A stretch of DNA of 64,000 nucleotides from Candidatus Undinarchaeota archaeon (GTDB taxonomy: Archaea > Undinarchaeota > CAZWFW01), in NCBI GenBank assembly GCA_964633445.1, contig CAZWFW010000001.1, positions 6,339 through 70,338 on the forward strand, written 5' to 3'. The notes beneath the pieces are model-generated. The model saw nothing but the letters and a program-made list of their open reading frames with translations. It did no database searches and was not told the DNA's origin. The stretch's first letter is position 1. Each line of letters begins with the position of its first letter. The position numbers and the translations under genes are program-made. This document shows, piece by piece, positions 46,492 through 58,049 of the stretch.

Positions 46492-47751
46492 TCACATCTC
46501 CTCCACTATTAATATTAGCCCATCCTCCTTTATATCAACTATTCTAACCTTTCTCCCTTCCTCAGCCTTACCATCTTTATTTCTAAGCACAGCATTCCAA
46601 ATCTCACCTTCAACCAGAACTTTACCCTCTGGTTGTAATGTCTTAATTACTTTAGCTTCCTTACCAATCAATTCCTCCTTACCAACCTTAGGCTTACCTA
46701 TCTGGGCCCTTATACCTTTATAGATTGCAAAGATGAAAAAAGCTGCAAATGTACCAACAGTTGCAAGTATTACCTCTATGGGCAAACTCGGCATCAGAGG
46801 TTCTTTTAGAAGCATTAGAGAGCCTAGTATTATTGCTACTGAAGCACCTAATGTTAATAAGCCATGAGAAGGTACAAAGAGTTCTGCAGCGAGCATAGCT
46901 GTGCCAATCATTATAAGTAAAATCGCTGCTGCGCTAACTTCAAGAGTCCCAAAGGCGTATAAAGCCAAAATTAATAGCGTTATGCCCAGAACACCACCAA
47001 TTGTTATTCCTGGAATTAATAATTCAAAAATTAGGCCGTATAAACCAAGGATAAAAAGTAGATAGGCAACAGTTGGATCCGTAATTAACCTTAGGAAGTA
47101 TTCTCTTGACGTTTCTTTTATCTCGATTCTTCCTCTGGTATTTAAAGTAAAAGGCTTTCCTTTAACGGTAATGTTTTTTCCATCCAAATAATCAAGCAGG
47201 CTATCCTCGTTTTCAAAAATGCCATTTATAATGTGAGCTTTATATGCTTCATTAGCATCATATGCTTTGCTTTCATTTATCATAACCTCTATTGCGGTAG
47301 CATTTCTATTTCTTTCCTCTGCAAATGCTTTTAACCTTGCCATATATGCCCTAGTTATTTTCTCAAGCAAAACCTCATCTTCAGCACCAACGGGATGCGC
47401 TGCACCAATTGCCGAGTTATTAGCCATTGCCGCATAATGACTTGCAATAACAATAAATGCGCCTGCTGAAAATGCTTTCTTACCCGCAGGAACATATGTG
47501 ATTATAGGAATTCTCGATTCCTCAATTTTCTCGAGAATTCTGTCAGTGGCGTCTGCTGTTCCTCCTGGGGTATTAATAATTATCAATAAAGCAGCATCCT
47601 CAGAATTTGCTAAGTTTATACATCTTTCCAAATATTCAGCCACACCATGATCTATTACGCTATCAACCTCAGCAATGTAAACTTTAGCACAGGAAGTTTT
47701 GGAAATTAAAACTAGCATTAAGGTAAAAATGAGTACTTGCTTGATCGTCAT
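46492..47751 (-). CDS. NfeD-type membrane-bound ClpP-class serine protease (stomatin-operon partner)
   Basis: IINTPGGTADA...KKAFSAGAFIV (Ser nucleophile context), a central multi-TM region and a C-terminal OB domain (GKVLVEGEIWNAV). Confidence 0.9.
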   Translation of the reverse strand: MTIKQVLIFTLMLVLISKTSCAKVYIAEVDSVIDHGVAEYLERCINLANSEDAALLIIINTPGGTADATDRILEKIEESRIPIITYVPAGKKAFSAGAFIVIASHYAAMANNSAIGAAHPVGAEDEVLLEKITRAYMARLKAFAEERNRNATAIEVMINESKAYDANEAYKAHIINGIFENEDSLLDYLDGKNITVKGKPFTLNTRGRIEIKETSREYFLRLITDPTVAYLLFILGLYGLIFELLIPGITIGGVLGITLLILALYAFGTLEVSAAAILLIMIGTAMLAAELFVPSHGLLTLGASVAIILGSLMLLKEPLMPSLPIEVILATVGTFAAFFIFAIYKGIRAQIGKPKVGKEELIGKEAKVIKTLQPEGKVLVEGEIWNAVLRNKDGKAEEGRKVRIVDIKEDGLILIVEEM

Positions 47752-47797
47752 AAGATTATTTAAGTGAATGGATAATATAATTTTATACTCATAGATT

Positions 47798-47870
47798 GGG
47801 CCCGTGGTCTAGTGGTTAGGACGTCCCGCTGACGCCGGGAAGGTCGCAGGTTCGAATCCTGCCGGGCCCA
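47798..47870 (+). tRNA. tRNA-Val (anticodon GAC)
   Basis: GGGCCCGTGGTCTAGTGGTTAGGACGTCCCGCTGACGCCGGGAAGGTCGCAGGTTCGAATCCTGCCGGGCCCA. Cloverleaf with anticodon loop CTGACGC. Confidence 0.9.
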
Positions 47871-48090
47871 TTAAAGCCAAAAAAATCTTGAATCCTAGCT
47901 TTCTTATTTTTCTAGTTTTCCCAAGATATGCTTTCGAATTCCTTGAATCTTCTCTATCTCCTTGAGTTTAGCTATCTTCTCAAAATTTTCGAAAAATCCT
48001 ATCCTCAAACCGCTAGCTTTGATAGTATCTTTCAATTCTCATTCTTATTTTTAATAAGTTTTAATTTTTATTCTGAAGATTATAATTTTT

Positions 48091-48912
48091 ATGAAGCTGC
48101 AAGAAAGAATACTTGAGCAAATAAGACTCTATGGTCCGAGTACACCTGTAGATGTTGCTCAGAGAACAAAGGAAAACTCAATAATCATTACTGCAATATT
48201 AGAAGATTTGGTGAAGCAAGGTATGCTCTTAAAAGCCAAAAAGAAGTTTGGCTCGCTTGAGATATACTATCTACCTCATCAAAAAAGTACTTTGAGGAGG
48301 GTTTTAATGGAAAGGATATACAATGAGATTGAAAAATATCTTTTGCGGAAGATAGAGGCTAGGGGTTACATTCATGAAAGCGAATTAAGTGATGAGGAAA
48401 AGAAGGCGATTTATGGGCTTGCGGATTTTGTTGAAAAGGAAAACAAATTTTGGAAGTTGAAAGGATTTGTAATACCTAAGGAAGAGATACCTGAAATCAA
48501 AACTGAGGAAGAAGTAAAAGAAAAAGTTGAGCAAGTACAAATACAACCAATTAAGAAAGAAAAGGATAAACTTCCTAAAGATGTTAAGCAAATAAAGGCA
48601 AAGGTATTGGATTGGCTTAAGGATAAAGGTGTAGAGATATTAAAGGAGGAGGAAGTGAGAAAAAATGTCTACAAGCTAGTTGCAAAGGCTCCTACAGCTT
48701 TTGGTAAACAAAAATACTATGTGTTCATCAAGATAAAGAAGAAAGTTGCGTATCAAGACATGGCTGATATTTTGAATATTTGCATAACAGAGAAAGTGCC
48801 AATTGTTATTATAACAACTGGCGAATTTTCAAAATCAGCGAAGGAGTTCCATAAGAAGAATTTGGGTGAGATGGTTAAACTTGTAGAACTTAAGGAAATT
48901 GACATGTCCTAA
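48091..48912 (+). CDS. Hypothetical protein: N-terminal wHTH-like, Lys/Glu-rich linker, C-terminal Mrr-like (restriction-endonuclease-fold) region
   Basis: The C-terminus KYYVFIKIKKKVAYQDMADIL...PIVIITTGEFSKSAKEFHKK...VKLVEL follows the Mrr_cat pattern, but I cannot find the usual upstream acidic catalytic residues. Confidence 0.5.
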   Translation: MKLQERILEQIRLYGPSTPVDVAQRTKENSIIITAILEDLVKQGMLLKAKKKFGSLEIYYLPHQKSTLRRVLMERIYNEIEKYLLRKIEARGYIHESELSDEEKKAIYGLADFVEKENKFWKLKGFVIPKEEIPEIKTEEEVKEKVEQVQIQPIKKEKDKLPKDVKQIKAKVLDWLKDKGVEILKEEEVRKNVYKLVAKAPTAFGKQKYYVFIKIKKKVAYQDMADILNICITEKVPIVIITTGEFSKSAKEFHKKNLGEMVKLVELKEIDMS

Positions 48913-48924
48913 GGTTTTTAAGAT

Positions 48925-50145
48925 TCAGGTGAGAACGCCGTAACCGATTAATCTCCACCTACCTTTAACTTGCCTACTTATTGTTACCCTATCCCCCTCC
49001 TCAGCACAAATTGGTAGTCTAAATACCACCTCGACATATTCCTTTTTAACATTTTTAACTATACTCAGCGTTGTTCTCGTGCCGCAAGTTATCATTAATG
49101 GTTCGTTAACTTTCAAAGGTTCAACCTTAATCTCTTTATCCAACCCAACTACCCTCTCTAACAAATTATATTCGATTGTTGCTTGCATTAACACATCTGG
49201 CAGCTTGTCTGGTAAGCCAACAACATTACCAACTAAGGCATCGGCTTTGGTTAAGTTAGGGTCAAGATACGTGCCGATAGCTATTGAACCTCCAGCATGT
49301 ACCTCTTCGAGCTTTACATCACCAGCATATAAACTTGCTGTCTCTGTAAATAAACTTTGCCATCCCTTTCTCTCATCATATATTCCAGGCCTAATTTCTA
49401 TTTCCTGCCCAACCTTTAATTTTCCTTTAATTAAACTACCTCCGAGTACACCTCCTACAAGCTCCTCTGGAGGCATACCTGGCTTATTAACATCAAAACT
49501 TCTAGCAACATAAAATTTTGGGTTTGCATCCAGATCACGTTTTGGTGTTGGTATGAATTCCTCAATTGCTTGAATTAATGCATCTATGTTAACCTTATGC
49601 TGTGCCGAAACCGGTATTATGGGAGCATCTTCAATTTGCGTGTTTTCTAAAAATTTTTTTATTTCTTCATAATTCCTCAACGCTTTTTCCTTGTTAACAA
49701 GATCTATCTTATTCTGGACAACAACAACATTCTTGATTCCAGTTATCTTCAGAGCAATTAAATGTTCCTTTGTTTGAGGTTGAGGACAATGTTCGTTAGC
49801 TGCAATTATTAGCAAAGCGCCATCCATTATTGCAGCACCACTCAGCATTGTAGCCATTAGCGTTTCATGACCAGGCGCATCAACAAACGATACTCTTCTT
49901 AAAAACTCCGTTTTGCTTCCACAGTGTTCACATGTTTCCTTGGTAGTGTAAGCTTCGGGCTCCCCACATCTTGGACATTTATAAAAATTCGTATCTGCAT
50001 AACCTAATTTTATTGTTATTCCACGCCTTAGCTCCTCAGAATGTGTATCCGTCCACTTTCCTGTTAATGCTTCGGTAAGTGTTGTTTTACCATGATCTAT
50101 GTGACCTACTAACCCAATATTTACCTCTGGCTGCTTCTTAATCAT
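48925..50145 (-). CDS. eif2g: Translation initiation factor aIF2 gamma
   Basis: GTPase G1 GHIDHGKTTL, Zn ribbon CPRCGE...CEHCGS, DAPGHE and NKIDL. Confidence 0.96.
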   Translation of the reverse strand: MIKKQPEVNIGLVGHIDHGKTTLTEALTGKWTDTHSEELRRGITIKLGYADTNFYKCPRCGEPEAYTTKETCEHCGSKTEFLRRVSFVDAPGHETLMATMLSGAAIMDGALLIIAANEHCPQPQTKEHLIALKITGIKNVVVVQNKIDLVNKEKALRNYEEIKKFLENTQIEDAPIIPVSAQHKVNIDALIQAIEEFIPTPKRDLDANPKFYVARSFDVNKPGMPPEELVGGVLGGSLIKGKLKVGQEIEIRPGIYDERKGWQSLFTETASLYAGDVKLEEVHAGGSIAIGTYLDPNLTKADALVGNVVGLPDKLPDVLMQATIEYNLLERVVGLDKEIKVEPLKVNEPLMITCGTRTTLSIVKNVKKEYVEVVFRLPICAEEGDRVTISRQVKGRWRLIGYGVLT

Positions 50146-50528
50146 TTCTCTTTCTTGGGAATTAGCTCCTCAAGATTTCTCTTGCCTCTCTTAACAACAA
50201 CGGTATTTATTTGAACAATATCTTGAGATATTGTATTACCTCTTACTCTTTTTCTTCTCCTCATACCCCTCTCCTTAGGCCTATAACCTGGACCAGAAGT
50301 GAGCAAAACATATTTTACACCAGGCCCATTAATATCCTTACGCATCGGGAAACCATCTTTATCTGTTCCGCCAGTAATTTTTAGCTTATAACCAGCTAAG
50401 CCTAAAGGGGTAGCATCAAATTCTTGCCCTATTTTCATACCTATCAAAAATTTAGCTTTGTTCTCATCCACTTCAAGCTGATGTGCCTTACCGCTTTCGG
50501 GATCTGAGATAACTATTTTGAATACCAT
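50142..50528 (-). CDS. rps6e: 30S ribosomal protein S6e
   Basis: KIVISDPESGKAHQLEVDE...GYKLKITGGTDKDGFPMR is the canonical S6e sequence. ATGA overlap with aIF2-gamma. GGTGGTGAT lies upstream. Confidence 0.93.
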   Translation of the reverse strand: MVFKIVISDPESGKAHQLEVDENKAKFLIGMKIGQEFDATPLGLAGYKLKITGGTDKDGFPMRKDINGPGVKYVLLTSGPGYRPKERGMRRRKRVRGNTISQDIVQINTVVVKRGKRNLEELIPKKEK

Positions 50529-50881
50529 CCTATATCACCACCTAAATTTTATAGACATTATTAATGTGGTCACAATTTTAATAAAATTATTCAATTCCAA
50601 AAAACTGTCAACTTACCCTAGCATAGAACAAGTTATACAAAACACAAGCAAAAATTCGTAAATCGCTTCAAATCTTTCAAAAAGCAATTATAAATCTCCC
50701 TTAGTTATGTGTCTCATCAAGAAAAATTTTGCATGTTGCATTCCTCAAAAGAATTTCATAATTTAACTAAATTTTTCAAAAGCATGATAGCATGACCCTC
50801 TATTGCAAAGAATTAGCTTTCTTTAAGGGCAATGTTAAGTTGACAAGTTGAAATCTCAAAGGTCTGTCCAGCAGCAAAAAA

Positions 50882-52621
50882 CTATACTCTTTCAATTTTT
50901 ATCCTCTTTATCTCGTTAAGCAATTCTTTTTCCTCGTCGCTTAACATATTTAGCAGTTTTTCCTCAATGATACTGATATCCCTGTCCTCAAGAAAAACAT
51001 AAAGCATATCTCCCTCATTTGCTTGTCTGCCAATTGTTAAACCCTCTACTGCAATCGCAACGCGCTTGCCTTTCTTTGCCTCTTTAATATTTTCACCATG
51101 CTCCTGCATGCTTTTCAGTCTTCCTACAATTCTTCCATCTTTTCTCATTAAATAACAATTTGGTTTTAGAGTTCCGCAAATCACCTCTATACCGAAAATT
51201 GCTGGCTTACTTTGCCTAAATATATAACCTGGTAGGATCTTTATCTTTGCTGGTAGTGTAGCCTTCAGTTTTTCAATCTCCTCTTTTTTAGCCTTTTCAA
51301 TCCACTTCTCGTAATCCTCCTTAAGCTTGTAAATAACATTGCTCAGGAAAATCTTTATTTTATAATCTTCAGCAAGCTTTTTAGCGTCTTCATTGACATA
51401 TACATTAAATCCAAAGATAACAGCTTTCAACGGATCCTCAGCCCTAACACTCTTAACCTCCATGATGTCAGCTCTTGAAATATTACCGACATCTGCCTTC
51501 CTTATAGGAACTACGCCCTCAAGTAGCTTTGTTAACGCTTCTAACGAGCCTAGAGTATCGGCTTTAACGATTGCCCCTATATTCTGCTTGTTAAATATTA
51601 TTTTAGCTATTTCCTTTTGAACATCTTTACATGCTTTATCAATGTCTTTTGCGACAATTAAAGGTGAACCAGCTAGTGCTTCCTCAATATTTTTTGCGAG
51701 AATCCTTATACCTGCCGCAGCGTAAGCTTCGTCAATTTTCCTAAATTTTCTCTCACTTTCTCTTAATTCGCTTAAAGGCTTAGGTTTAAGGATCGCCCTT
51801 ATTTTCGTTATTATTGGCCCTTGCTTACCAGCCAGAACGATCGTATCCCCTTGCTTAATATGCCCATCGTAGAGAATAACGTCTAGTGCGATTCCAGCAA
51901 GCGTCTTTTTAACGTCGAGCACAACACCTTTACCAGGGCCCTTGACCTCGATTTTTAGCTTATCCTCAAGATATTTTTGTGCTAAGCCAGTTAAAATCAT
52001 TAGCAACTCAGCAATACCCTCACCAGTTTTTGCTGAGATCGGCACGATGCATATCTGCTTTGTAAAATCAGTAACTCTGTCGAAGCGATCCGCATTAAAG
52101 TTATACTTTGCAAGCTCCTCAACAATCTTGTAAATTCTCTCCTCAAGCTTTGCTACAGCATCGTCTCTTTGATTTCTCAGGTTTTGTGTAAATGGTTCAT
52201 GGCTACTTTGCCAACCATCTATTAAATCAATTTTGTTTGCGGCAACAATAAAGGGAACTTTGTATTTTCTCAAAATTTCTACGCATTCAATTGTTTGGGG
52301 CTGAAAGCCTTGCACTATGTCAATTACCAAAATAGCTAAATCAGAAATTGATCCTCCTCTGGCTCTCAAATTTGTGAATGCCTCGTGTCCTGGCGTATCT
52401 ATGAAGAGCAATCCAGGTATTGTTATTTTTATTTTCAAAGTCTCTAACAATCCCTTGCAAATTTTTTTAATAGCACTTATTGGTATTTCAGTAGCTCCTA
52501 TATGCTGTGTTATACCTCCTGCCTCTTTTGCCGCAATTGCAGTTCCTCTAATTTTATCGAGTAGTGCTGTTTTTCCGTGATCTACATGCCCAAGCACTGT
52601 AATTATTGGCTGACGAATCAT
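50882..52621 (-). CDS. infB: Translation initiation factor aIF5B (InfB)
   Basis: RQPIITVLGHVDHGKTALLDKIRGT, DTPGHEAF and NKIDL. 579 aa, and no intein-sized insertion. Confidence 0.95.
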   Translation of the reverse strand: MIRQPIITVLGHVDHGKTALLDKIRGTAIAAKEAGGITQHIGATEIPISAIKKICKGLLETLKIKITIPGLLFIDTPGHEAFTNLRARGGSISDLAILVIDIVQGFQPQTIECVEILRKYKVPFIVAANKIDLIDGWQSSHEPFTQNLRNQRDDAVAKLEERIYKIVEELAKYNFNADRFDRVTDFTKQICIVPISAKTGEGIAELLMILTGLAQKYLEDKLKIEVKGPGKGVVLDVKKTLAGIALDVILYDGHIKQGDTIVLAGKQGPIITKIRAILKPKPLSELRESERKFRKIDEAYAAAGIRILAKNIEEALAGSPLIVAKDIDKACKDVQKEIAKIIFNKQNIGAIVKADTLGSLEALTKLLEGVVPIRKADVGNISRADIMEVKSVRAEDPLKAVIFGFNVYVNEDAKKLAEDYKIKIFLSNVIYKLKEDYEKWIEKAKKEEIEKLKATLPAKIKILPGYIFRQSKPAIFGIEVICGTLKPNCYLMRKDGRIVGRLKSMQEHGENIKEAKKGKRVAIAVEGLTIGRQANEGDMLYVFLEDRDISIIEEKLLNMLSDEEKELLNEIKRIKIERV

Positions 52622-52690
52622 ATTAGATTAAACTTAGGGGTTTATTTATAAAAAACTTCAAACTAAATTTATCAGCAGGAGAATATTAGC

Positions 52691-55600
52691 CTAAAATAAT
52701 CTAAGTGCCCTGCACCTTGAGAAATAGGCGAGTGCCAGAATAACAGCTAAAATAATTGCATAAGTGTTTATACCACTTGCAATCTTAATCGTTACGGGAA
52801 TCCAAGGAGTCACTTGAACGTCCTCCACTATATCAACACTTATTGATTTTTCAGGATAATCACATATATCGCCATAAGGGCCTTTTTCACAAACTTTAAT
52901 TCCAATAGTGTCAGTACCAGCCTGTGCACCCAATAGAGTAATAGTAACTTTAATTTCGCTAAAACCTTTTACATTCTGTATGCAGAACTCAGAAATACCA
53001 CACTTAAAGATGCCTGATCCTGTATCAGGATCAGCTCCTGAAACATCCTCTATTTTAACATTACCTTTGTTTATGTCTATGGTTATCGTAATATTTCTTT
53101 CCTCCTTTAATCTTTTACCTATTTTTAGCAGAATTTCTCTATCTTGACCCAAAGGGATTTCTACTTTAGTCTGGGAAATAGCAGCAGATATGCAAGCGCC
53201 ACATCCACTATTTATTCCGCAATCTACATCCTCCTCATTGCAAATGTTATCATCCTTAATATTATTCTCGCAATGATTATCGTACCAAGTTCCATTTAAG
53301 CAAACCCCTCCTTCATATATATGGCACCAGTTATCTGTTGGCTTGTCGCAGCATTTGTTAAAGTTAATATCCGTGTTATATGGAGAGTCATCATCCCAGT
53401 GATGTCCAAAGGCTTCGCAGATTGCCGAGTCCAGCTCTTTCTCATATTCGCTTCCCCAATATATCTTTCCAGCTGACGAATTATATCTCGATCCAGTTAG
53501 GTTAACGCATGCATATTTGGTGCCATTATATACAGTAACAATTTCATTCAAATCTTTTTCTTTAACAAAATTACTCTCATCAGAGCTCACGTCAAAGTAA
53601 CACTTGTATACATAAGATTGAGTACCTTCGTCAGAATCTGAACCATAACCAGATGTTATCGTATCGTTACCTGGGCAGAGGTAGCAGTTGTAGCAAAGAG
53701 ATGGCGTATCTGTTGCATTTACTCTCCAAATCTCGTTTAGTTTACATGATTTGTAAACAGTTATGGAATGCTTACTTTCCTCCTCACCAAAAGTACCATC
53801 CGTGCTTAATATGCTTAACCTTGTTTTAAGTTCAGATTGATTAACAATACCATCACCATTTTCGTCTGCTGTAAATGGTAGGTCTTCAACTTCACCAACA
53901 CCACAGTGAGCTACCTCATAAAACCCTCCTCTACTTCTTTTTATGCATTTATCGAAATTATAAAGGCATTCTGCTAAAGTTAGTGGTTCCAGATCTTGAA
54001 AGCTTGCATATGCCCACGCTTGACTGCAGTTATAAGAAATTTGCTCGGTTATGTTAAGTGATACTGTGAGGTCATCCAACCATGATAAAGCAAGATCCAA
54101 CTTTATGTCTGCAATCTGGTTAATCTTAATAGTTAGATCTCCAACAAGATCGTTTTCCCAGCCTATTGTGAGATTTAATGTGATGTTGGCCAAATCCTTA
54201 TTTACAGGAGAAACTTCTATAGAGTTAACACTCTCGGATGCTACACTTGGCACATATCCCTCGCAAAGGGAATATTTTTTCTCAATTTCATCTTTTAACT
54301 TGCTTTTAATTTGGGAATCAGTTACAACGCCTTTATTTTTAATATCATTGTAAACAGTGTTGTAGTTTGTGTAGTCCTCAGCATAATTCTCAAATTCAGT
54401 GGAATTCATACCGAATATTTCAGTAGTATTTATATCTGAAAGATTCATCATTATATTAAAGGTTTCAGTTGGTAGTGGTGAAGGAAGACTTGCAGAAACG
54501 CTTTCTATACCTCCATCTACGCCGCATTTACTCTTTATTAATGCTTCAAAAGATTTCCAATTTGAATTTATATCATTAGCTAGCTCAGTAGCATTGCAAT
54601 AACCCCAGTCAGTTGCTATGAACCCACAAATTTTTGTTACTTCGTAATACGTGTCTGGTGTAACAGCTATGTTAGCTGGTGGTTTTTCAACATAGAATAT
54701 TGGGTTATACGAGGGGCAAACACTTGGACTTATATAACCAAGGGAGGTTAGTTTGTTAATCAGTTTTTGCTTTAGAACAGTTTTATCTATATAACCAGAA
54801 GAATTTAGTTCATCAAAAGTCTCATTATAATTTACAGGATTTTCGGCATAAGTCTTGAACTCGGAGGCACTTAAGCCAAATAGTTTTGTTACGTTAACAT
54901 CATCTAAAGTTAATAGAACATTAAAAGATGTATATCCTGCAGGAACATTTGCTTGGACATCCTTAATATTTTCCTCCTTAACACCACACTCGGTAGCAAT
55001 GGCACTTTTAAAACTCTGCCAATTACCATTTATATCATTAGCTAAACTATAAGCATCACAATAACCACTCCAACTGCTACTTGTTGCTATAGAAACGCAT
55101 GAGGAGTATTGAGTTACAGTTAATTCACATTCTGTAATATTTGGAGGCACTTCATGCTGTCCTAGGACAAATGATTCGGAAAAATAAATATCTCCAACTC
55201 TTTTTGGACCCTCTGTCTCGGTAGGAACATAAATACCTTTGGCTGTAAGATTTACCCAACCAGGAATTCCCCCACTTCTACCAATCTCAACAGTCTTGTT
55301 AATAGCTTCTATGAGCGCTCTTCTCCATGCCCAACTTTTATACCCTTTACCTATCAATTTTAGCGTATAATTTTTCCTAAAAACTTGCTGTTCAGGAATT
55401 GTAAAATTTTCCAGAATTCCGGTATTACCTGCAGTAAGATTTAAGCTTTGATGAGCAACAAATATACCATATTCAGTGCTTAAAACATTACTGCCATCTA
55501 AAAGGCTTGCATTAACTCCTAACATTGGAATTCTGTCTACACAAGCTTCTATAAATGCTGAGAAAGTGACAGTGACATTCTCACCGGAACGCCATATATT

Positions 55601-57562
55601 GTTTGCATCTCTTATCCCAGGGTTGCTTAATCCAAGAGATAAACTATCAATTGATGTTAAATTTAAACCAATACGTGACAATTCTTTTTCTAAAACATTT
55701 TCTCGAAGCTCTCCAATAACTCTACACATTGGACAAATCCATCCTCCCGAAATTGTAAGTGTGGAACTGGACCCAGAAGTAAGTGAGCAACCCCCACTGA
55801 AAGGATTGCAACCTTCAGAAGGGATGGTATAGGATACTATGCATGGCTGCGTTACGGTTGTGCTACCTGCCTCATTTTTATATTCCCATTTACATTGGGG
55901 AGGATCACACCATGTTCCATATTGTACACATCTCCTACAACTTTCAGCAGCCTTTATTTCAGTTTTCTCAACTGGATGGGGGCAAAAACTTAAGGAAGCT
56001 GCACCAAAACTACAACTTGCATTTTTATATAAGCTTAATGGCTGGTATAGCGTTGTTGTTTCTCCTCCACTACAACATGGCCAAGGATTACTTGGAGAAT
56101 AAAGACATCTCGCACATTCCGAGGTACAACATCCTGCGTATGCAAATTTCGTATTAAGAAACAAAGTGAATAAGAGTAGAACGATTGGAAGGTATTCCTT
56201 CCTTCTAAAGAACTTGAAGAATAACATCGTTGCTAATATAATGGTTAGAGCTACTAAAATATATACTTTGTTCGACTTCTTAACTTCAACTTTTTCCCCA
56301 AAACCTGGAGTTTCCTCACCAGTTTCTTTTGCAGGCATGAAGCTTATGCAATCCATACAATTAAGTTTTTTCTCAAAATCATCGCAAATTCCATCATCAA
56401 AGCATTGATTGGCATTCAAATATTTGACTCTCCCATCCTCAGCAAGTATTATCTCAGGTTCTAAATCATAATACTCTATTTGCTCTTCATCAAAAACACG
56501 ACCATCTTTTCCTAATTTTACAACAACCTTATATTTCAACAAATCTTCTTTGGCTCTAAATTTGAACGTAAAACTTTCTGGTTTAAAAGTAAGGTCTATT
56601 GTCTTATTCTCACTAAACACCTCCTCATTATTCCTATAGATTTCAAGCAAAAGATATGCATTGCTGACAATTGATTTATCTGCAGGCCCTACAACCGTAA
56701 CGTTAATTTCAACTTCATCACCTTTTTTATAGACGTCCTTCTTATTTTCAATACTTAGTATTGTGCCACCTTCACCCATGATAACAGCTCTGCATTCGCT
56801 CGTAGCTAATAAATTGTTCTGCAAATCGTAAATCTCTATAACAACTCTATAAGTTCCTGGGATTGTTATGCTAATAGGAATCTCAATAACTTTTCTAGCA
56901 TTACCTTCTAGCTCTCCAATATCAACCTCCTTCTCAAAGATAACATTGCCAGAGTAAGTACCAATCGCTTTTACTAATCCCTTTACTTTTATGCTAAAAG
57001 GATTTTTATTTATTAAGGGAGCGATTAGACGAATTTCGGCTGATGGTGGTATTTCTCTCCCCCAATCTGAATAGGAATACCATACAATTCTCCTGACAAT
57101 TGTGTCTGAGCGTTGAATTTGAATAACTTTTAAATAAACAGTTTTCTCAAATGAAACCTTTGGTAAGGTTGCAATGTCGCTTAAGTTCACATCACTTGAT
57201 AACCATGTAAGAGGCTTTCCAAACTCGTATACTTTGCAATATACCTTATAATTATCTCTTGGAAGTTTCTCTGGTAGTGTTAAGCTAAAACTTAAATCTT
57301 TTACCTCTCTTGAATCTAGAAGCACTGTCTCAGTATTTCTTGCGAAGATGCTGGAATCAGATCCTGCAAGAATGACCTCAACGTTAAATTTCTTTACGAC
57401 GTATTCCGTATTAGCAACTCTTACAGAAACATCTAAAGCATTACCTACATTCTCAGCTTCACATTGAAGCAAAGTAACACAATTTGCCACATTTAATATA
57501 ACAAGCTGTGCTAGGCAAATAATAAAAAAAACCTTAAAATTTTTCAATCCTCGCCTAACCAT
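52691..57562 (-). CDS. Giant (1623 aa) Cys-rich surface protein with N-terminal signal, mid-protein TM pair and C-terminal anchor
   Basis: Signal-like N-terminus, CARDB-like repeats (aa about 30-400) and a [12 protein letters not shown] junction (nt about 56130-56290). The rest is a very Cys-rich remainder with a ~155-aa tandem duplication. C-terminal [16 protein letters not shown]. Confidence 0.75.
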   Translation of the reverse strand: MVRRGLKNFKVFFIICLAQLVILNVANCVTLLQCEAENVGNALDVSVRVANTEYVVKKFNVEVILAGSDSSIFARNTETVLLDSREVKDLSFSLTLPEKLPRDNYKVYCKVYEFGKPLTWLSSDVNLSDIATLPKVSFEKTVYLKVIQIQRSDTIVRRIVWYSYSDWGREIPPSAEIRLIAPLINKNPFSIKVKGLVKAIGTYSGNVIFEKEVDIGELEGNARKVIEIPISITIPGTYRVVIEIYDLQNNLLATSECRAVIMGEGGTILSIENKKDVYKKGDEVEINVTVVGPADKSIVSNAYLLLEIYRNNEEVFSENKTIDLTFKPESFTFKFRAKEDLLKYKVVVKLGKDGRVFDEEQIEYYDLEPEIILAEDGRVKYLNANQCFDDGICDDFEKKLNCMDCISFMPAKETGEETPGFGEKVEVKKSNKVYILVALTIILATMLFFKFFRRKEYLPIVLLLFTLFLNTKFAYAGCCTSECARCLYSPSNPWPCCSGGETTTLYQPLSLYKNASCSFGAASLSFCPHPVEKTEIKAAESCRRCVQYGTWCDPPQCKWEYKNEAGSTTVTQPCIVSYTIPSEGCNPFSGGCSLTSGSSSTLTISGGWICPMCRVIGELRENVLEKELSRIGLNLTSIDSLSLGLSNPGIRDANNIWRSGENVTVTFSAFIEACVDRIPMLGVNASLLDGSNVLSTEYGIFVAHQSLNLTAGNTGILENFTIPEQQVFRKNYTLKLIGKGYKSWAWRRALIEAINKTVEIGRSGGIPGWVNLTAKGIYVPTETEGPKRVGDIYFSESFVLGQHEVPPNITECELTVTQYSSCVSIATSSSWSGYCDAYSLANDINGNWQSFKSAIATECGVKEENIKDVQANVPAGYTSFNVLLTLDDVNVTKLFGLSASEFKTYAENPVNYNETFDELNSSGYIDKTVLKQKLINKLTSLGYISPSVCPSYNPIFYVEKPPANIAVTPDTYYEVTKICGFIATDWGYCNATELANDINSNWKSFEALIKSKCGVDGGIESVSASLPSPLPTETFNIMMNLSDINTTEIFGMNSTEFENYAEDYTNYNTVYNDIKNKGVVTDSQIKSKLKDEIEKKYSLCEGYVPSVASESVNSIEVSPVNKDLANITLNLTIGWENDLVGDLTIKINQIADIKLDLALSWLDDLTVSLNITEQISYNCSQAWAYASFQDLEPLTLAECLYNFDKCIKRSRGGFYEVAHCGVGEVEDLPFTADENGDGIVNQSELKTRLSILSTDGTFGEEESKHSITVYKSCKLNEIWRVNATDTPSLCYNCYLCPGNDTITSGYGSDSDEGTQSYVYKCYFDVSSDESNFVKEKDLNEIVTVYNGTKYACVNLTGSRYNSSAGKIYWGSEYEKELDSAICEAFGHHWDDDSPYNTDINFNKCCDKPTDNWCHIYEGGVCLNGTWYDNHCENNIKDDNICNEEDVDCGINSGCGACISAAISQTKVEIPLGQDREILLKIGKRLKEERNITITIDINKGNVKIEDVSGADPDTGSGIFKCGISEFCIQNVKGFSEIKVTITLLGAQAGTDTIGIKVCEKGPYGDICDYPEKSISVDIVEDVQVTPWIPVTIKIASGINTYAIILAVILALAYFSRCRALRLF

Positions 57563-57999
57563 TCCTCATCACATCTCCTATAATCATATATTTCATTATC
57601 ATTAAAATAAATTCTTATTTCTCTTTCAGCTGTTTTTCTTGAATCAGAAGCATGAACAATATTATTTGGCAAGCCTATTGCAAAATCTCCTCTTATACTA
57701 CCTGGTAAAGCTTCCCTAGGATTTGTTGCGCCTACAAGATTTCTAACAACTTTAATAGCCTCCTTACCCTCAACAACCATAACAACGCTGGGGGCTGAGG
57801 TTATATATTTTATTAAACCTTCATAAAATGGTTTGCCTTTATGCATCTCATATTGCTTCTCCGCAAGCCTTTTATTAATCCAAATCATCTTCATTGCAAC
57901 GATTTTAAGCCCTTTTTTCTCAATTCTTTTAACAACCTCTCCAACTAGCCCCCTAACAACACCATCTGGTTTTACTATAACAAGTGTTTTTTCGATCAT
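57544..57999 (-). CDS. ndk: Nucleoside diphosphate kinase
   Basis: [22 protein letters not shown] and the active-site context NIVHASDS. M16 of the track ORF (ATG 57999) matches the family N-terminus. Confidence 0.95.
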   Translation of the reverse strand: MIEKTLVIVKPDGVVRGLVGEVVKRIEKKGLKIVAMKMIWINKRLAEKQYEMHKGKPFYEGLIKYITSAPSVVMVVEGKEAIKVVRNLVGATNPREALPGSIRGDFAIGLPNNIVHASDSRKTAEREIRIYFNDNEIYDYRRCDEEWLGED

Positions 58000-58049
58000 G
58001 CTATATTTTATGATAGTAAAGCAGAAATTTATATCATAAAGCATGATAC

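Noticed and set aside
47900-48040. Possible ~44-aa TTG-initiated ORF on the minus strand between tRNA-Val and the 48091 gene.
   Set aside because: Non-ATG start, no upstream signal, and a low-complexity Lys/Glu/Ile translation. Not supportable from sequence alone.
48925-52621. Checked aIF2-gamma, aIF5B and the other large housekeeping genes for additional inteins.
   Set aside because: Lengths (406 and 579 aa) and uninterrupted G-domain motifs leave no room for an intein. Only rgy carries one.
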